This document shows, one piece after another, positions 8,542 to 17,188 of a DNA stretch of 32,000 nt; position 1 is the first letter of the stretch, and every line of letters begins with the position of its first letter. The position numbers and the translations under genes are program-made. The stretch comes from Massilicoli timonensis (lineage in GTDB: Bacteria; Bacillota_I; Bacilli_A; Erysipelotrichales; Erysipelotrichaceae). The stretch is from positions 1,922,180 to 1,954,179 of the forward strand of contig NZ_LT963434.1 of assembly GCF_900199515.1 (NCBI RefSeq). The letters run 5' to 3'. The notes below the pieces were generated by a model that saw nothing but the letters and a program-made list of their open reading frames with translations, was not told the DNA's origin and searched no databases.

Positions 8542-10701
8542 ATGAGCATAAAAATCGCATTAGCAGGAAATCCAAACAGTGGGAAAACAACTTTGTTTAA
8601 TCATCTGACCGGTTCGCGTCAGCATGTGGGAAACTGGCCGGGCGTAACCGTTGAGAAAAAAGAAGGAACATTAAAAAGCAATAAAGAAGTAACGATTCAG
8701 GATTTACCGGGTATCTATTCCCTTTCTCCTTATTCACTGGAGGAAGTCGTAGCAAGAAATTATCTGGTGCATGAAAGACCGGATGCGATCTTGAATATCG
8801 TTGATGCAACGAATATCGAACGTAACTTGTATTTGACGACACAGCTTTTGGAATTGGGAATTCCGGTCGTTGTCGCTTTGAATATGATGGATTTGGTAGA
8901 GCGCAACGGTGATCAGATCAATGTCGATCAGTTATCGAAGCTGCTGGGCTGCAAGGTCGTAACGATCAGCGCTTTGAAAGGTACTAATACATTAGAGGCA
9001 GCCAATCAGGCCGCATTAGCAGCCAAAGCGGGTGAAGCAACCGCAGCGCCTTCGATCTTTTACGGTGATGTAAAACAGAGTTTGGATGCGATCAGCGATC
9101 TGTTAAAAGGAAAAACGGATGCAAAGACGATTCCTTTCCTTTCGGTCAAGCTATTTGAGCGGGATGAAAAGATCAATGAACTGGTAACGATCAGTGAAAG
9201 TGATCAGGAACAGATCGAAACAATCGTGAACGCCTGTGAACAGAAAGCAGATGATGACGCGGAAAGCATCATTACGGCGCAGCGTTATGAATATCTGACG
9301 CAGATCATTTCGAAAAGCGTAAAAAAGAACAAACAGAGCCATGAGCTTACGATTTCCGATAAGATCGATAAAATCGTAACGAATCGTATTTTGGCACTGC
9401 CGATCTTTGCGGTCATTATGTTTGTGGTATATACGATTGCCATGGGTTCAACTTCCTTCTCGATCGGAACGATGGGAACGGATTGGGCAAATGATGTTTT
9501 GTTTGGTGAAATGGTACCGTCATTCTTTGATCAGCTCTTAAATAGTCTTCATGTCAGCGGTGTCTTGTATTCGCTGATTCAAGATGGCATCGTTGCCGGT
9601 GTCGGGGCAGTGCTTGGTTTTGTGCCGCAAATCTTGGTACTGTATGTACTGCTTTCTATTATGGAGGATATCGGTTACATGTCGCGTGTCGCTTTCATCA
9701 TGGATCGTATTTTCCGTCGCTTCGGCCTATCCGGCAAGAGTTTTATTCCGATGCTGGTGGCAACCGGGTGTGGGGTGCCGGGCATTATGGCAAGCCGTAC
9801 GATCGAACAAGATCGCGATCGCAAGATGACGATCATGACGACCGGCTTTATTCCTTGCGGCGCTAAGATGCCGATCATCGGTTTGTTTGCGGGTGCGGTA
9901 TTCGGCAATAGTTCACTGGTTGCGACTTCTGCATTCTTCATCGGGATCGCGGCAGTCGTTGTTTCCGGTATCATTTTGAAAAAATGTAAAATGTTTGCGG
10001 GTGATCCGGCACCGTTTGTGATGGAGCTTCCGGCCTATCATCTGCCAAGCATCGGCAATGTCGTGCGTGCAACTTGGGAACGCGGCTGGTCCTTTATCAA
10101 ACGTGCGGGAACGATCATCTTGCTTAGCAGCATCATCTTATGGTTCTTGCAGGGCTTCGGCTTTGAAAACGGCAGCTTTGGCATGGTGGAGGATAATAAT
10201 ACTTCCCTGCTTGCCTCGATTGGCAGAAGCATTGCCTGGATCTTCTATCCGCTTGGCTGGCTGGGCGATATGGCATGGAAAGCAACCGTTGCTACGATTA
10301 CCGGCCTGATTGCGAAGGAAGAAGTAGTCAATACTTTTGGGGTGCTTTATCAGTATGGCGGCGAGCTGTCGGAAACGGGCAATGAGATCTGGACACAGGT
10401 AGCGGCAGATTTCACACCGCTTGCGGCTTATAGTTTTATGATCTTTAATTTACTGTGTGCGCCTTGCTTCGCCGCAATGGGTGCGATCAAAAGAGAAATG
10501 AACAACGGAAAGTGGACGATTTTCGCCATCGGCTATATGTGTGTATTCGCTTATGTGAGCGCCTTGATCATTTATCAGATCGGCGGACTGGTGAGCGGAG
10601 AAGTGACATTCAATGTATTTACGGTCGTTGCTTTCGTATTGTTGATCGCGGTGCTATATTTACTGTTTAGAAAAAATAAGTTCAGCAGACAGGAACATTA
10701 A
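8542..10701 (+). CDS. feoB: Ferrous iron transporter FeoB
   Basis: 719 aa. The N-terminal G-domain has G1 GNPNSGKTT, G3 DLPG and G4 NMMD. A polytopic nucleoside-transporter-like/gate domain follows. Confidence 0.97.
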   Translation: MSIKIALAGNPNSGKTTLFNHLTGSRQHVGNWPGVTVEKKEGTLKSNKEVTIQDLPGIYSLSPYSLEEVVARNYLVHERPDAILNIVDATNIERNLYLTTQLLELGIPVVVALNMMDLVERNGDQINVDQLSKLLGCKVVTISALKGTNTLEAANQAALAAKAGEATAAPSIFYGDVKQSLDAISDLLKGKTDAKTIPFLSVKLFERDEKINELVTISESDQEQIETIVNACEQKADDDAESIITAQRYEYLTQIISKSVKKNKQSHELTISDKIDKIVTNRILALPIFAVIMFVVYTIAMGSTSFSIGTMGTDWANDVLFGEMVPSFFDQLLNSLHVSGVLYSLIQDGIVAGVGAVLGFVPQILVLYVLLSIMEDIGYMSRVAFIMDRIFRRFGLSGKSFIPMLVATGCGVPGIMASRTIEQDRDRKMTIMTTGFIPCGAKMPIIGLFAGAVFGNSSLVATSAFFIGIAAVVVSGIILKKCKMFAGDPAPFVMELPAYHLPSIGNVVRATWERGWSFIKRAGTIILLSSIILWFLQGFGFENGSFGMVEDNNTSLLASIGRSIAWIFYPLGWLGDMAWKATVATITGLIAKEEVVNTFGVLYQYGGELSETGNEIWTQVAADFTPLAAYSFMIFNLLCAPCFAAMGAIKREMNNGKWTIFAIGYMCVFAYVSALIIYQIGGLVSGEVTFNVFTVVAFVLLIAVLYLLFRKNKFSRQEH

Positions 10702-10757
10702 GATACCAAAGAGATCCATGTAAACAGGTATCGATCAAAACGTGAGGAGGAATGAAA

Positions 10758-10967
10758 ATGGGTAATGTCATCATCGTATTGTTATTAACTGTTATTGTCA
10801 GTTTGATCATTCGCTCTTTATGGAAACAGCATAAAAATCATGGGGGCTGCACCGGCAACTGCACAAGCTGTCATCAAAACTGCCATGTAACATATCGACA
10901 AAGCAGTGCCGAGCAAATGCGGCAGGGACCCCGTATCGTGTTAAAAGTTGTCGATCATCAAGATTGA
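10758..10967 (+). CDS. FeoB-associated Cys-rich small membrane protein
   Basis: One N-terminal TM helix followed by GGCTGNCTSCHQNCH, located directly after feoB. RBS GAGGAGG (10744-10750) favours ATG 10758 over the ORF-track start at 10752. Confidence 0.7.
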   Translation: MGNVIIVLLLTVIVSLIIRSLWKQHKNHGGCTGNCTSCHQNCHVTYRQSSAEQMRQGPRIVLKVVDHQD

Positions 10968-10974
10968 TCGAAAG

Positions 10975-11008
10975 AAGCAGTCTGTATCTGTGATCAGGCT
11001 GCTTTTTT
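10975..11008 (+). terminator. feo operon terminator
   Basis: AAGCAGTCTG pairs with CAGGCTGCTT (10 bp, one G-U) with a 10-nt loop. A T6 run follows. Confidence 0.8.
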
Positions 11009-11077
11009 CGTGTGATACAAGTGATTTCTATGCGGGGAGATTTGTATGATGCTAAGTGGATAAAATGAAAAAAGTTA

Positions 11078-11107
11078 TTGACGAAAAAAGCATCTCTCTG
11101 CTATAAT
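11078..11107 (+). promoter_or_regulatory. tRNA-Leu promoter
   Basis: TTGACG (11078-11083), 18-nt spacer, extended -10 TGcTATAAT (11099-11107). Confidence 0.7.
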
Positions 11108-11119
11108 ATCAAAGCAGAT

Positions 11120-11205
11120 GCAGAAGTGGTGGAACGGCAGACACGCTGTCTTCAGGCGGCAGTGCGGGCAACCGCGTGAGAGTTCAAATCTCTTCTTCTG
11201 CACCA
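11120..11205 (+). tRNA. tRNA-Leu (anticodon CAG), class II with a long variable arm and an encoded CCA
   Basis: Acceptor stem GCAGAAG/CTTCTGC. The D arm carries GG. Anticodon stem CTGTC/GGCAG with loop TT-CAG-GC (U33, G37). Variable arm GCGG-GCAA-CCGC. T arm GAGAG-TTCAAAT-CTCTT. The 3' end is ACCA. Total length is 86 nt. Confidence 0.9.
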
Positions 11206-11216
11206 GTTAAACCAAG

Positions 11217-11239
11217 AACTCGCTGAGGCGAGTTTTTTT
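11217..11239 (+). terminator. tRNA-Leu terminator
   Basis: AACTCGC-TGAG-GCGAGTT followed by a T run. Confidence 0.8.
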
Positions 11240-11448
11240 GTATGCGATCGCTGCCGGTACGGATATTTTCTACTACTGTAATTTTATAAAACTGATTTCG
11301 CTTCTTTCGATTATATGCTGATGTGTCTATGTGTTTCATTCTGTTTTTATCTGATCTATGGGCTTGCCTCTGTCTTTGTTATGATATTTTTTCAGCTGCA
11401 TGCATGCCCGCTATTGTTCGCTGAATCGACCGGTGTTTTGATCTTCGT

Positions 11449-11478
11449 TTTGATACTATGCGCAATCTGTATTATAAT
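11449..11478 (+). promoter_or_regulatory. Promoter of the VanY/CapA/O-methyltransferase cluster
   Basis: TTGATA (11449-11454), 18-nt spacer, TATAAT (11473-11478). Confidence 0.5.
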
Positions 11479-11509
11479 AATGGTGTAAAATTAGAAATTA
11501 GGTGAAATG

Positions 11510-12523
11510 ATGAAAAAAATAACTTGTTTGTTTACCGTTTTACTGCTATGCGGCTGTGGATCGGCAGACTTCAGTGAATTGGGATTTAATGAGAAACAAA
11601 GCGCATTGCTTCAAAAGATAACTGATTTTGAGGAAATCCGGGATCAATGCCCTTATCCGGAAACGCTGAAAGAGCTGCTGGATGAAGAAACCACAAGTGA
11701 AGATGTTGCTCTTTATTGTCATATACAAAACGGATCAGGAAAAAAAGCCGCAATCAAAAAGCTGCGGGACAGCGGTGTTTCTGAAACACAGATGCTGGAA
11801 ATGTTAGAGCTGTCTTATTATCGAAGTGACAAGACAGAACGCTATATCAAGGAATTACAGAAAAGTGAGGACCCAAAAGAAGCGGTGCTGCATGTCAATT
11901 TGAACTTAGATATTCCTTATTACAGTGAAATCGATGAAATTGAAGATACCGATGATCTTTTGCAGCTGGTCAATAAATTCTCGAAGCTGCCGGATGATTT
12001 CTATCCATCAGATCTAGTGGAAACGCCGAATGTCTGTGTAGTCGGTGAGGACTACTCCTGCTTTCCGTCGACACAGTATGTCAGAAAGGAAGTCGCCGAG
12101 CAGTTTGATGCCTTTGTGAAAGCGGCAGCGAAAGAAGGTTTTACGATGAAAAGCATCGCCAGCATGCGCGATATCGCTTATCAAAGAACGCTGTATGAAT
12201 ATTATAAGAATTTAGAAGGGGAAGCATATGCAGATACCTATTTTGCCCGTCCCGGACAAAGTGAACATAATACGGCTTTAGCGATCGATGTGACCTTTGA
12301 TCAAGAAAATTATGAGGAAATCGAATCCTCTCCTCATTATGATTGGTTTTTGAGCCATATGGCGGATTATGGATTTATCCTGCGTTATCCGAAAGGGAAA
12401 GAAGATATTACCGGATTCGGTCATGAGTCTTGGCATATCCGTTATGTCGGCAAGGAAGCGGCGCAGACGATCATGGAGAAAGGCATCACGCTGGAAGAAT
12501 ATTTGGCAACCCAGCCGGCATAA
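11510..12523 (+). CDS. D-alanyl-D-alanine carboxypeptidase, M15B/VanY family lipoprotein
   Basis: Signal peptide with a lipobox (LLLCGCGS). VanY zinc-peptidase motifs are present (SEHNTALAIDV, ESWHIRYVG). The start is ATG 11507 or 11510; 11510 is better spaced from AGGTGA. Confidence 0.85.
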   Translation: MKKITCLFTVLLLCGCGSADFSELGFNEKQSALLQKITDFEEIRDQCPYPETLKELLDEETTSEDVALYCHIQNGSGKKAAIKKLRDSGVSETQMLEMLELSYYRSDKTERYIKELQKSEDPKEAVLHVNLNLDIPYYSEIDEIEDTDDLLQLVNKFSKLPDDFYPSDLVETPNVCVVGEDYSCFPSTQYVRKEVAEQFDAFVKAAAKEGFTMKSIASMRDIAYQRTLYEYYKNLEGEAYADTYFARPGQSEHNTALAIDVTFDQENYEEIESSPHYDWFLSHMADYGFILRYPKGKEDITGFGHESWHIRYVGKEAAQTIMEKGITLEEYLATQPA

Positions 12524-12541
12524 TAGCATGAGGTGAAGAAG

Positions 12542-13738
12542 ATGAAGAAAGTAGTTGCAATTTTGTTAAGCGCGCTGTGTATGTGCGCTTGTTCCGCTGA
12601 TCCGGATCGCGTGAATCAATTAGTGGAAAAGGACAGTCAAACAGATAAAACAAAAGAAGAAGCAAAAGATACCATTGTTTCCTTTGTCGGTGTCGGCGAT
12701 AATCTGATCCATAATTCGATCTATGAGGAAGCGGATCGAGAAGCAGGAGCTGAAGGAGACGGGCAGTATTCCTTTGCGAAAATGTATGAACCGATGAAAC
12801 AGGATATTCAGAACGCTGATCTGGCTTTTATCAATCAGGAAACGATCCTTGGCGGTGATGAATTGGGCTTATCCGGTTATCCGACGTTTAATACGCCAAG
12901 CGCCATTGCCGATGATGTGGAAGCAGCCGGTTTTGATCTTGTCAATACCGCAACCAATCATTGTTTGGACAAGTGGCAGACAGGCATCGATCACAGTGCT
13001 GCGGTCTGGGGATCCAAAGAAGGCATCATCGCAGCCGGCACTTATACATCGCAAGAAGATCGCGATACGATTCGTACGATCAAGCGCAAAGGCATTACCT
13101 TTTCCTTTTTGGCATATACTTATGGAACCAATGGGGTCATACCGGAATATGATTACAGCGTTGCTTATTTTGATGATGCAACGATCACGAATGATGTGAA
13201 AAAGGCAAAGGAAATCAGTGATGTCGTCATCGTATCGGCACATTGGGGAACAGAAAATGATTCCATGGTAAATGAAGAGCAGCAGCACTATGCACAGCTA
13301 TTTGCGGATCTTGGTGTAGATGTCGTGATCGGCACGCATCCGCATGTCATTCAAAAGGTAGAATGGGTGAAAGGAAGTGCGGGAAATGAAATGTTGACGG
13401 TTTACTCATTGGGGAATTTTCTCAGCGGTATGCTGGAAGTGGATAATGTGCTGGGCGGTATGATCAGTTTTGATTTTGTGCAGGATCATGAGAGCAAGAA
13501 GATCAGTGTGCAAAATGTAAAATGGATCCCGCTTGTGACCCATTATGAGGGCGATGCGGCAGATATTATGAATACGCGTCATAATTATCGGGTCTATCGC
13601 TTGGATGCGTATAGTGAAGCTTTAGCGAACAAACACGGTTTGAACGGTTATGAAGGACAAAGCGTAACCATTGCCGGTTTGCAGGAGAAAACGGCCGCGA
13701 TCATTGACGATCAGTTTTTGAAAGAGGAGCAGAAGTAA
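12542..13738 (+). CDS. CapA family (PGA_cap metallophosphatase-like) lipoprotein
   Basis: Lipobox LSALCMCACS. CapA motifs are present (FVGVGDNLIH, NTATNHCLD, VSAHWGTE, IGTHPHVIQ). ATG 12542 follows RBS GAGGTG; the ORF track starts at GTG 12533. Confidence 0.85.
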   Translation: MKKVVAILLSALCMCACSADPDRVNQLVEKDSQTDKTKEEAKDTIVSFVGVGDNLIHNSIYEEADREAGAEGDGQYSFAKMYEPMKQDIQNADLAFINQETILGGDELGLSGYPTFNTPSAIADDVEAAGFDLVNTATNHCLDKWQTGIDHSAAVWGSKEGIIAAGTYTSQEDRDTIRTIKRKGITFSFLAYTYGTNGVIPEYDYSVAYFDDATITNDVKKAKEISDVVIVSAHWGTENDSMVNEEQQHYAQLFADLGVDVVIGTHPHVIQKVEWVKGSAGNEMLTVYSLGNFLSGMLEVDNVLGGMISFDFVQDHESKKISVQNVKWIPLVTHYEGDAADIMNTRHNYRVYRLDAYSEALANKHGLNGYEGQSVTIAGLQEKTAAIIDDQFLKEEQK

Positions 13739-13742
13739 TACG

Positions 13743-14378
13743 ATGAAAAAGGAATTGGCAAAGCTGCTCCAGGAGATAGAAAGAAAAGCAGAGGAAGAAC
13801 GTATTCCGATCATGCAGCCGGAGGGGATCGCATTTCTTTGTTCTTATATTGAAACACATCATGTGCGCTCGATATTGGAAATCGGTGCGGCGATCGGTTA
13901 TTCGGCGATCCGTATGGCATCGCTAGATCGGGAAATCAAGGTAACGACGATCGAACGCGATCAAAAGCGTTATGAGGAAGCGGTTGCCTATATTGCAAAA
14001 GCCGGTTTGGAAAAACAGATCCAGATCTTGGAAATGGATGCGTTTGATTTTCACAGTGAAGAACAGTTTGATCTGATCTTTATTGACGCGGCAAAAGCGC
14101 AGTACATCAAATTCTTTCAGCAGTTCCGGCATAATTTGCAGGAGGATGGTGCGATCATTACGGATAATCTTGAGTTTCATGGCATGGTAAGCGGGGAAGT
14201 GGAAATCAAGCATTCCCGCAATCTCAAACGGTTGATAAGAAAGATCCGCGGTTATATTGCGTTTTTGCAGGAAAATGAGGAATTTGAAAGTGAATTTTTG
14301 AAAATCGGCGATGGCATAGCGATCAGCCGGCGCAGAAAAGGGCAGAAAGAGAATGTGCTTTTGGAAAGAAAACAATAG
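13743..14378 (+). CDS. Class I SAM-dependent O-methyltransferase, family 3 (YrrM/TrmR-like)
   Basis: 211 aa with SAM motif I ILEIGAAIGYSA. It also has DLIFIDAAKAQY and ITDN, which are typical of caffeoyl-CoA-OMT-like/YrrM proteins. Confidence 0.8.
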   Translation: MKKELAKLLQEIERKAEEERIPIMQPEGIAFLCSYIETHHVRSILEIGAAIGYSAIRMASLDREIKVTTIERDQKRYEEAVAYIAKAGLEKQIQILEMDAFDFHSEEQFDLIFIDAAKAQYIKFFQQFRHNLQEDGAIITDNLEFHGMVSGEVEIKHSRNLKRLIRKIRGYIAFLQENEEFESEFLKIGDGIAISRRRKGQKENVLLERKQ

Positions 14379-14444
14379 GAAAAGCAGTGTTCATATAAGG
14401 GGAAGTGTGGTACAATAAAGAAAAGAAAGAAGTGGTGATAAAAT

Positions 14445-15020
14445 ATGAAAAAAGCAGTAACAGGCATTGCAGTATTGGCAGGTGTCGCGGCAGTAACGGC
14501 ATATGCACTAAAAAAGAATGAACAGAAAAAAATCAGAGAACTGGATGAAGAACTGTTATACGATGAGCCACAGCCATCTGAACCGACAAAGATCGACAGT
14601 ATTCAGTTGGACGATGAAGAAGAGGAAGGGTCGGAAGAAAGCGAAGCAGACGAGCCCGACGCGGCAAGGCGCAAAGACGATACTTATAAGAATTTAACAG
14701 CGGCTGCGGTAGCGCATATTTCCAAGGAGCATGAACGGCTGGCAGAGGAATTGAAAAATGAAGGCGATCATCATGAAGTCGATCGCCCGATCCAGCATCT
14801 TGTTCATTTCACGACACAGGAAGATGCCGATGCTTTCAAAAAAGCAGTCGTTAATAAAGGGTTTGTCGTTTCCGCCGGAGAAAATGAATTTGACTTGATC
14901 GTTTTGCACATTTCGCCGATCGATCAGATCAAATTGGTAACCAATGAGCTTTATCTTGCTGATCAGGCGTATGCGCATCATGGCGAGTACAAGGGCTGGC
15001 ATGCAAGGGTAAGTTACTAA
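14445..15020 (+). CDS. Membrane-anchored protein with a C-terminal RraB-like (ribonuclease E inhibitor RraB family) domain
   Basis: N-terminal TM helix (AVTGIAVLAGVAAVTAYAL), then an acidic linker (DDEEEEGSEESEADEPD). The C-terminal about 90 aa resemble E. coli RraB (IQHLVHF...AFKKAVVNKGFVV...EYKGW compared with IEHHLS...EAFKLGYEV...EYDGW). Confidence 0.55.
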   Translation: MKKAVTGIAVLAGVAAVTAYALKKNEQKKIRELDEELLYDEPQPSEPTKIDSIQLDDEEEEGSEESEADEPDAARRKDDTYKNLTAAAVAHISKEHERLAEELKNEGDHHEVDRPIQHLVHFTTQEDADAFKKAVVNKGFVVSAGENEFDLIVLHISPIDQIKLVTNELYLADQAYAHHGEYKGWHARVSY

Positions 15021-15081
15021 AAAGGGAAAACGGAGCGTCCTCAAAAATCAGACACACGCAATGAAAATGAAAATTCGAAAG

Positions 15082-15121
15082 GATTGTGACCAATGCGCAA
15101 GCGGGCACAATCTTTTCTTTT
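15082..15121 (+). terminator. Terminator after the RraB-like gene
   Basis: GATTGTG (15082-15088) pairs with CACAATC (15106-15112) with a 17-nt loop. TTTTCTTTT follows. Confidence 0.5.
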
Positions 15122-15414
15122 GGTATAGATGTTTACACAATCTTGGAAGAAAGGCTGTTCTTGTGGCAATCCTACCATCATGAGATTTTTTTTGAGGCAG
15201 GAAAGATATGTTTTTTCTATACGCTCTACGCAGTGATTATAGGAATTTATGGGCAGAGAGAAATGATTTTATTCATCTCATGCTGTGCGTTAAGAAAGTG
15301 TAGATTTCGTGTCAAACCGTTAGAAAGATGGGCTTATAAAGTGGATTCTCACTTTCTGTCCTGTCTTTTTTTCATGTGTTCAAGTAAAATAAAAGAGTAA
15401 AGGAGTGAGGCGTT

Positions 15415-15882
15415 ATGAATCCACATGAAATTGGTTGCTTTATCGCTCGCTGTCGTAAAGCAAAAGCTTTGACCCAAGCGCAGCTGGCACAGCAATTAGG
15501 AGTGAGCGACAAGACGATTTCCCGATGGGAAAGAGGTAAGACCATGCCGGATCTATCACTTTATGAAGCGTTATGCGAAGCTTTGGATGTACAGATATCG
15601 GAATTATTATATGCAAAGAAAATGACAGATGAAGATAAGCAGAAGCAAGGGGAACGATCGGCATTTTATCTATTGAAAACAAAAGCACAGTTTGAAACAT
15701 TGGAGATCTTTACTGAAGTATTGATCGTCATCGGCATTATCATCAGTATTACTTTTACTAAGGTACTGGCAGATACACAAATTGAGATGCTCATCACCAT
15801 GGCATGTGGATTTTTTGTATGGGGCTTTGGGATCATGCTGCGGATCAAGATCAGAAAGGCGATGAAAGAGATGGAATCGTGA
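15415..15882 (+). CDS. XRE-family HTH regulator with a C-terminal membrane segment
   Basis: N-terminal HTH_3 domain (LTQAQLAQQLGVSDKTISRWERGKTMPDL) and two predicted C-terminal TM helices. RBS AAGGAGTGAGG lies upstream. Confidence 0.85.
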   Translation: MNPHEIGCFIARCRKAKALTQAQLAQQLGVSDKTISRWERGKTMPDLSLYEALCEALDVQISELLYAKKMTDEDKQKQGERSAFYLLKTKAQFETLEIFTEVLIVIGIIISITFTKVLADTQIEMLITMACGFFVWGFGIMLRIKIRKAMKEMES

Positions 15883-16360
15883 TCTGCCTTATGTGATAAA
15901 GAATTTTTCATCCTTATATCATTTATCGGGAAGCATAATTTATATGGGTATATGGACCTGTATAAAATACCTAATTGATAAGTATCTGTTTCTTAATCTG
16001 ATCGACATGGGAAGCATGTTATTCGCTTTGTTTTTCTAATGGTTTTTTCATTCTGCATCCTTTTTTATTTGTGCATATTTGTGATGTTTGATGGGAAAGG
16101 TCATGGAGTGATGATTGGATTGGCATTGGTGTTGTTTTTTCTTGTATCCGATTTCGATGGTGTATCGCTTTTTTACCATCCTTTCTGCAACAGAGCAGTT
16201 CTGCTGTTTTGGCTTGCCGTAAAATCGCTCTGTTTGAGAAGTAACCGCTTAACTGAATAGGAAAAAGCAAAAATACACGATTGCCGGCTGATTGTTTGGA
16301 TTTTCTATCTGCTTTATGATAAAATAAGTTCGCTTTTAAGATAGAGCAGAGGGTGATCAA

Positions 16361-17188
16361 ATGGATAAAATTACAGTAAAGGATGTGAGCTTCTCTTATG
16401 ATAAAGAACGTGATGCTTTGTCACATGTATCTTTTCAGATCAAAGAGGGTGCTTACACAACGATCATCGGGCACAACGGCAGCGGAAAAAGCACCATTGC
16501 CAAATTGCTGATCGGTCTGATGAAAGCAGATGGCGGAAGCATTGAAGTAGATCGTCTTCCCTTAAATGAGGAGAATCTGTATGCGATCCGCGATAAGATC
16601 GGCATCGTGTTTCAAAACCCGGATAATCAGTTTATCGGTGCGACGGTTGCCGATGACATTGCATTTGGTTTAGAAAATCATCAGATTCCCACTGAATCGA
16701 TGCAGGGGATCATTGAAACCTATGCCAAAAAGGTGCATATGGAGGCTTACTTGGAAAGCGAGCCGACAAAACTTTCCGGCGGGCAGAAGCAGCGTGTAGC
16801 GATTGCCGGAGTGCTGGCGATGAAACCGGAAATTTTGATTTTCGATGAGGCGACGAGCATGCTGGATCCACAGGGCCGCAGCGACATCAATCATTTGATA
16901 CAGGAAATCCATGAGAACGAAACAATGACGATCATCTCCATTACCCATGACATTGAAGAAGTGGCGATGAGCGATCATGTGATCGTATTGGATCAGGGAA
17001 AAGTAGTTATGGAAGGACACCCATCTGAAATACTGCTGAAGGAAAAAGAACTGATCGATCTGCATTTGGATATTCCGTTTTCATTGAAGGTGGCGCATGC
17101 ACTTCAGAAACTGGGAATGCCGGTAAAAGAATGTACGACGATGGAAGGGATGGTGGATGAAATATGCCGATACGCTATGAAGGATTAA
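16361..17188 (+). CDS. ecfA1: ECF transporter ATPase EcfA1
   Basis: Walker A GHNGSGKST, signature LSGGQKQR, Walker B ILIFDEATSMLD and ITHD. It is followed by ecfA2 and ecfT. Confidence 0.93.
   Translation: MDKITVKDVSFSYDKERDALSHVSFQIKEGAYTTIIGHNGSGKSTIAKLLIGLMKADGGSIEVDRLPLNEENLYAIRDKIGIVFQNPDNQFIGATVADDIAFGLENHQIPTESMQGIIETYAKKVHMEAYLESEPTKLSGGQKQRVAIAGVLAMKPEILIFDEATSMLDPQGRSDINHLIQEIHENETMTIISITHDIEEVAMSDHVIVLDQGKVVMEGHPSEILLKEKELIDLHLDIPFSLKVAHALQKLGMPVKECTTMEGMVDEICRYAMKD

Noticed and set aside
11120-11205. The tRNA could be read as tRNA-Sec, because TCA occurs in the anticodon loop (CTTCAGG) and the variable arm is long.
   Set aside because: The only register giving a 5-bp anticodon stem (CTGTC/GGCAG) and U33 places CAG at positions 34-36 with G37. 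The acceptor stem is 7 bp, not the 8 bp of tRNA-Sec. It is therefore a class II tRNA-Leu(CAG).
15086-15400. 104-aa ORF in the gap between the RraB-like gene and the XRE gene.
   Set aside because: It has a GTG start inside a terminator hairpin and no RBS. Its composition is odd (Phe/Cys/Ile-rich) and no recognisable family was found.
16019-16360. ORFs 16019..16360 (-) and 16039..16260 (+) upstream of ecfA1.
   Set aside because: They overlap each other on opposite strands, lack an RBS, and have low-complexity or basic junk-like sequences. They are most likely non-coding.
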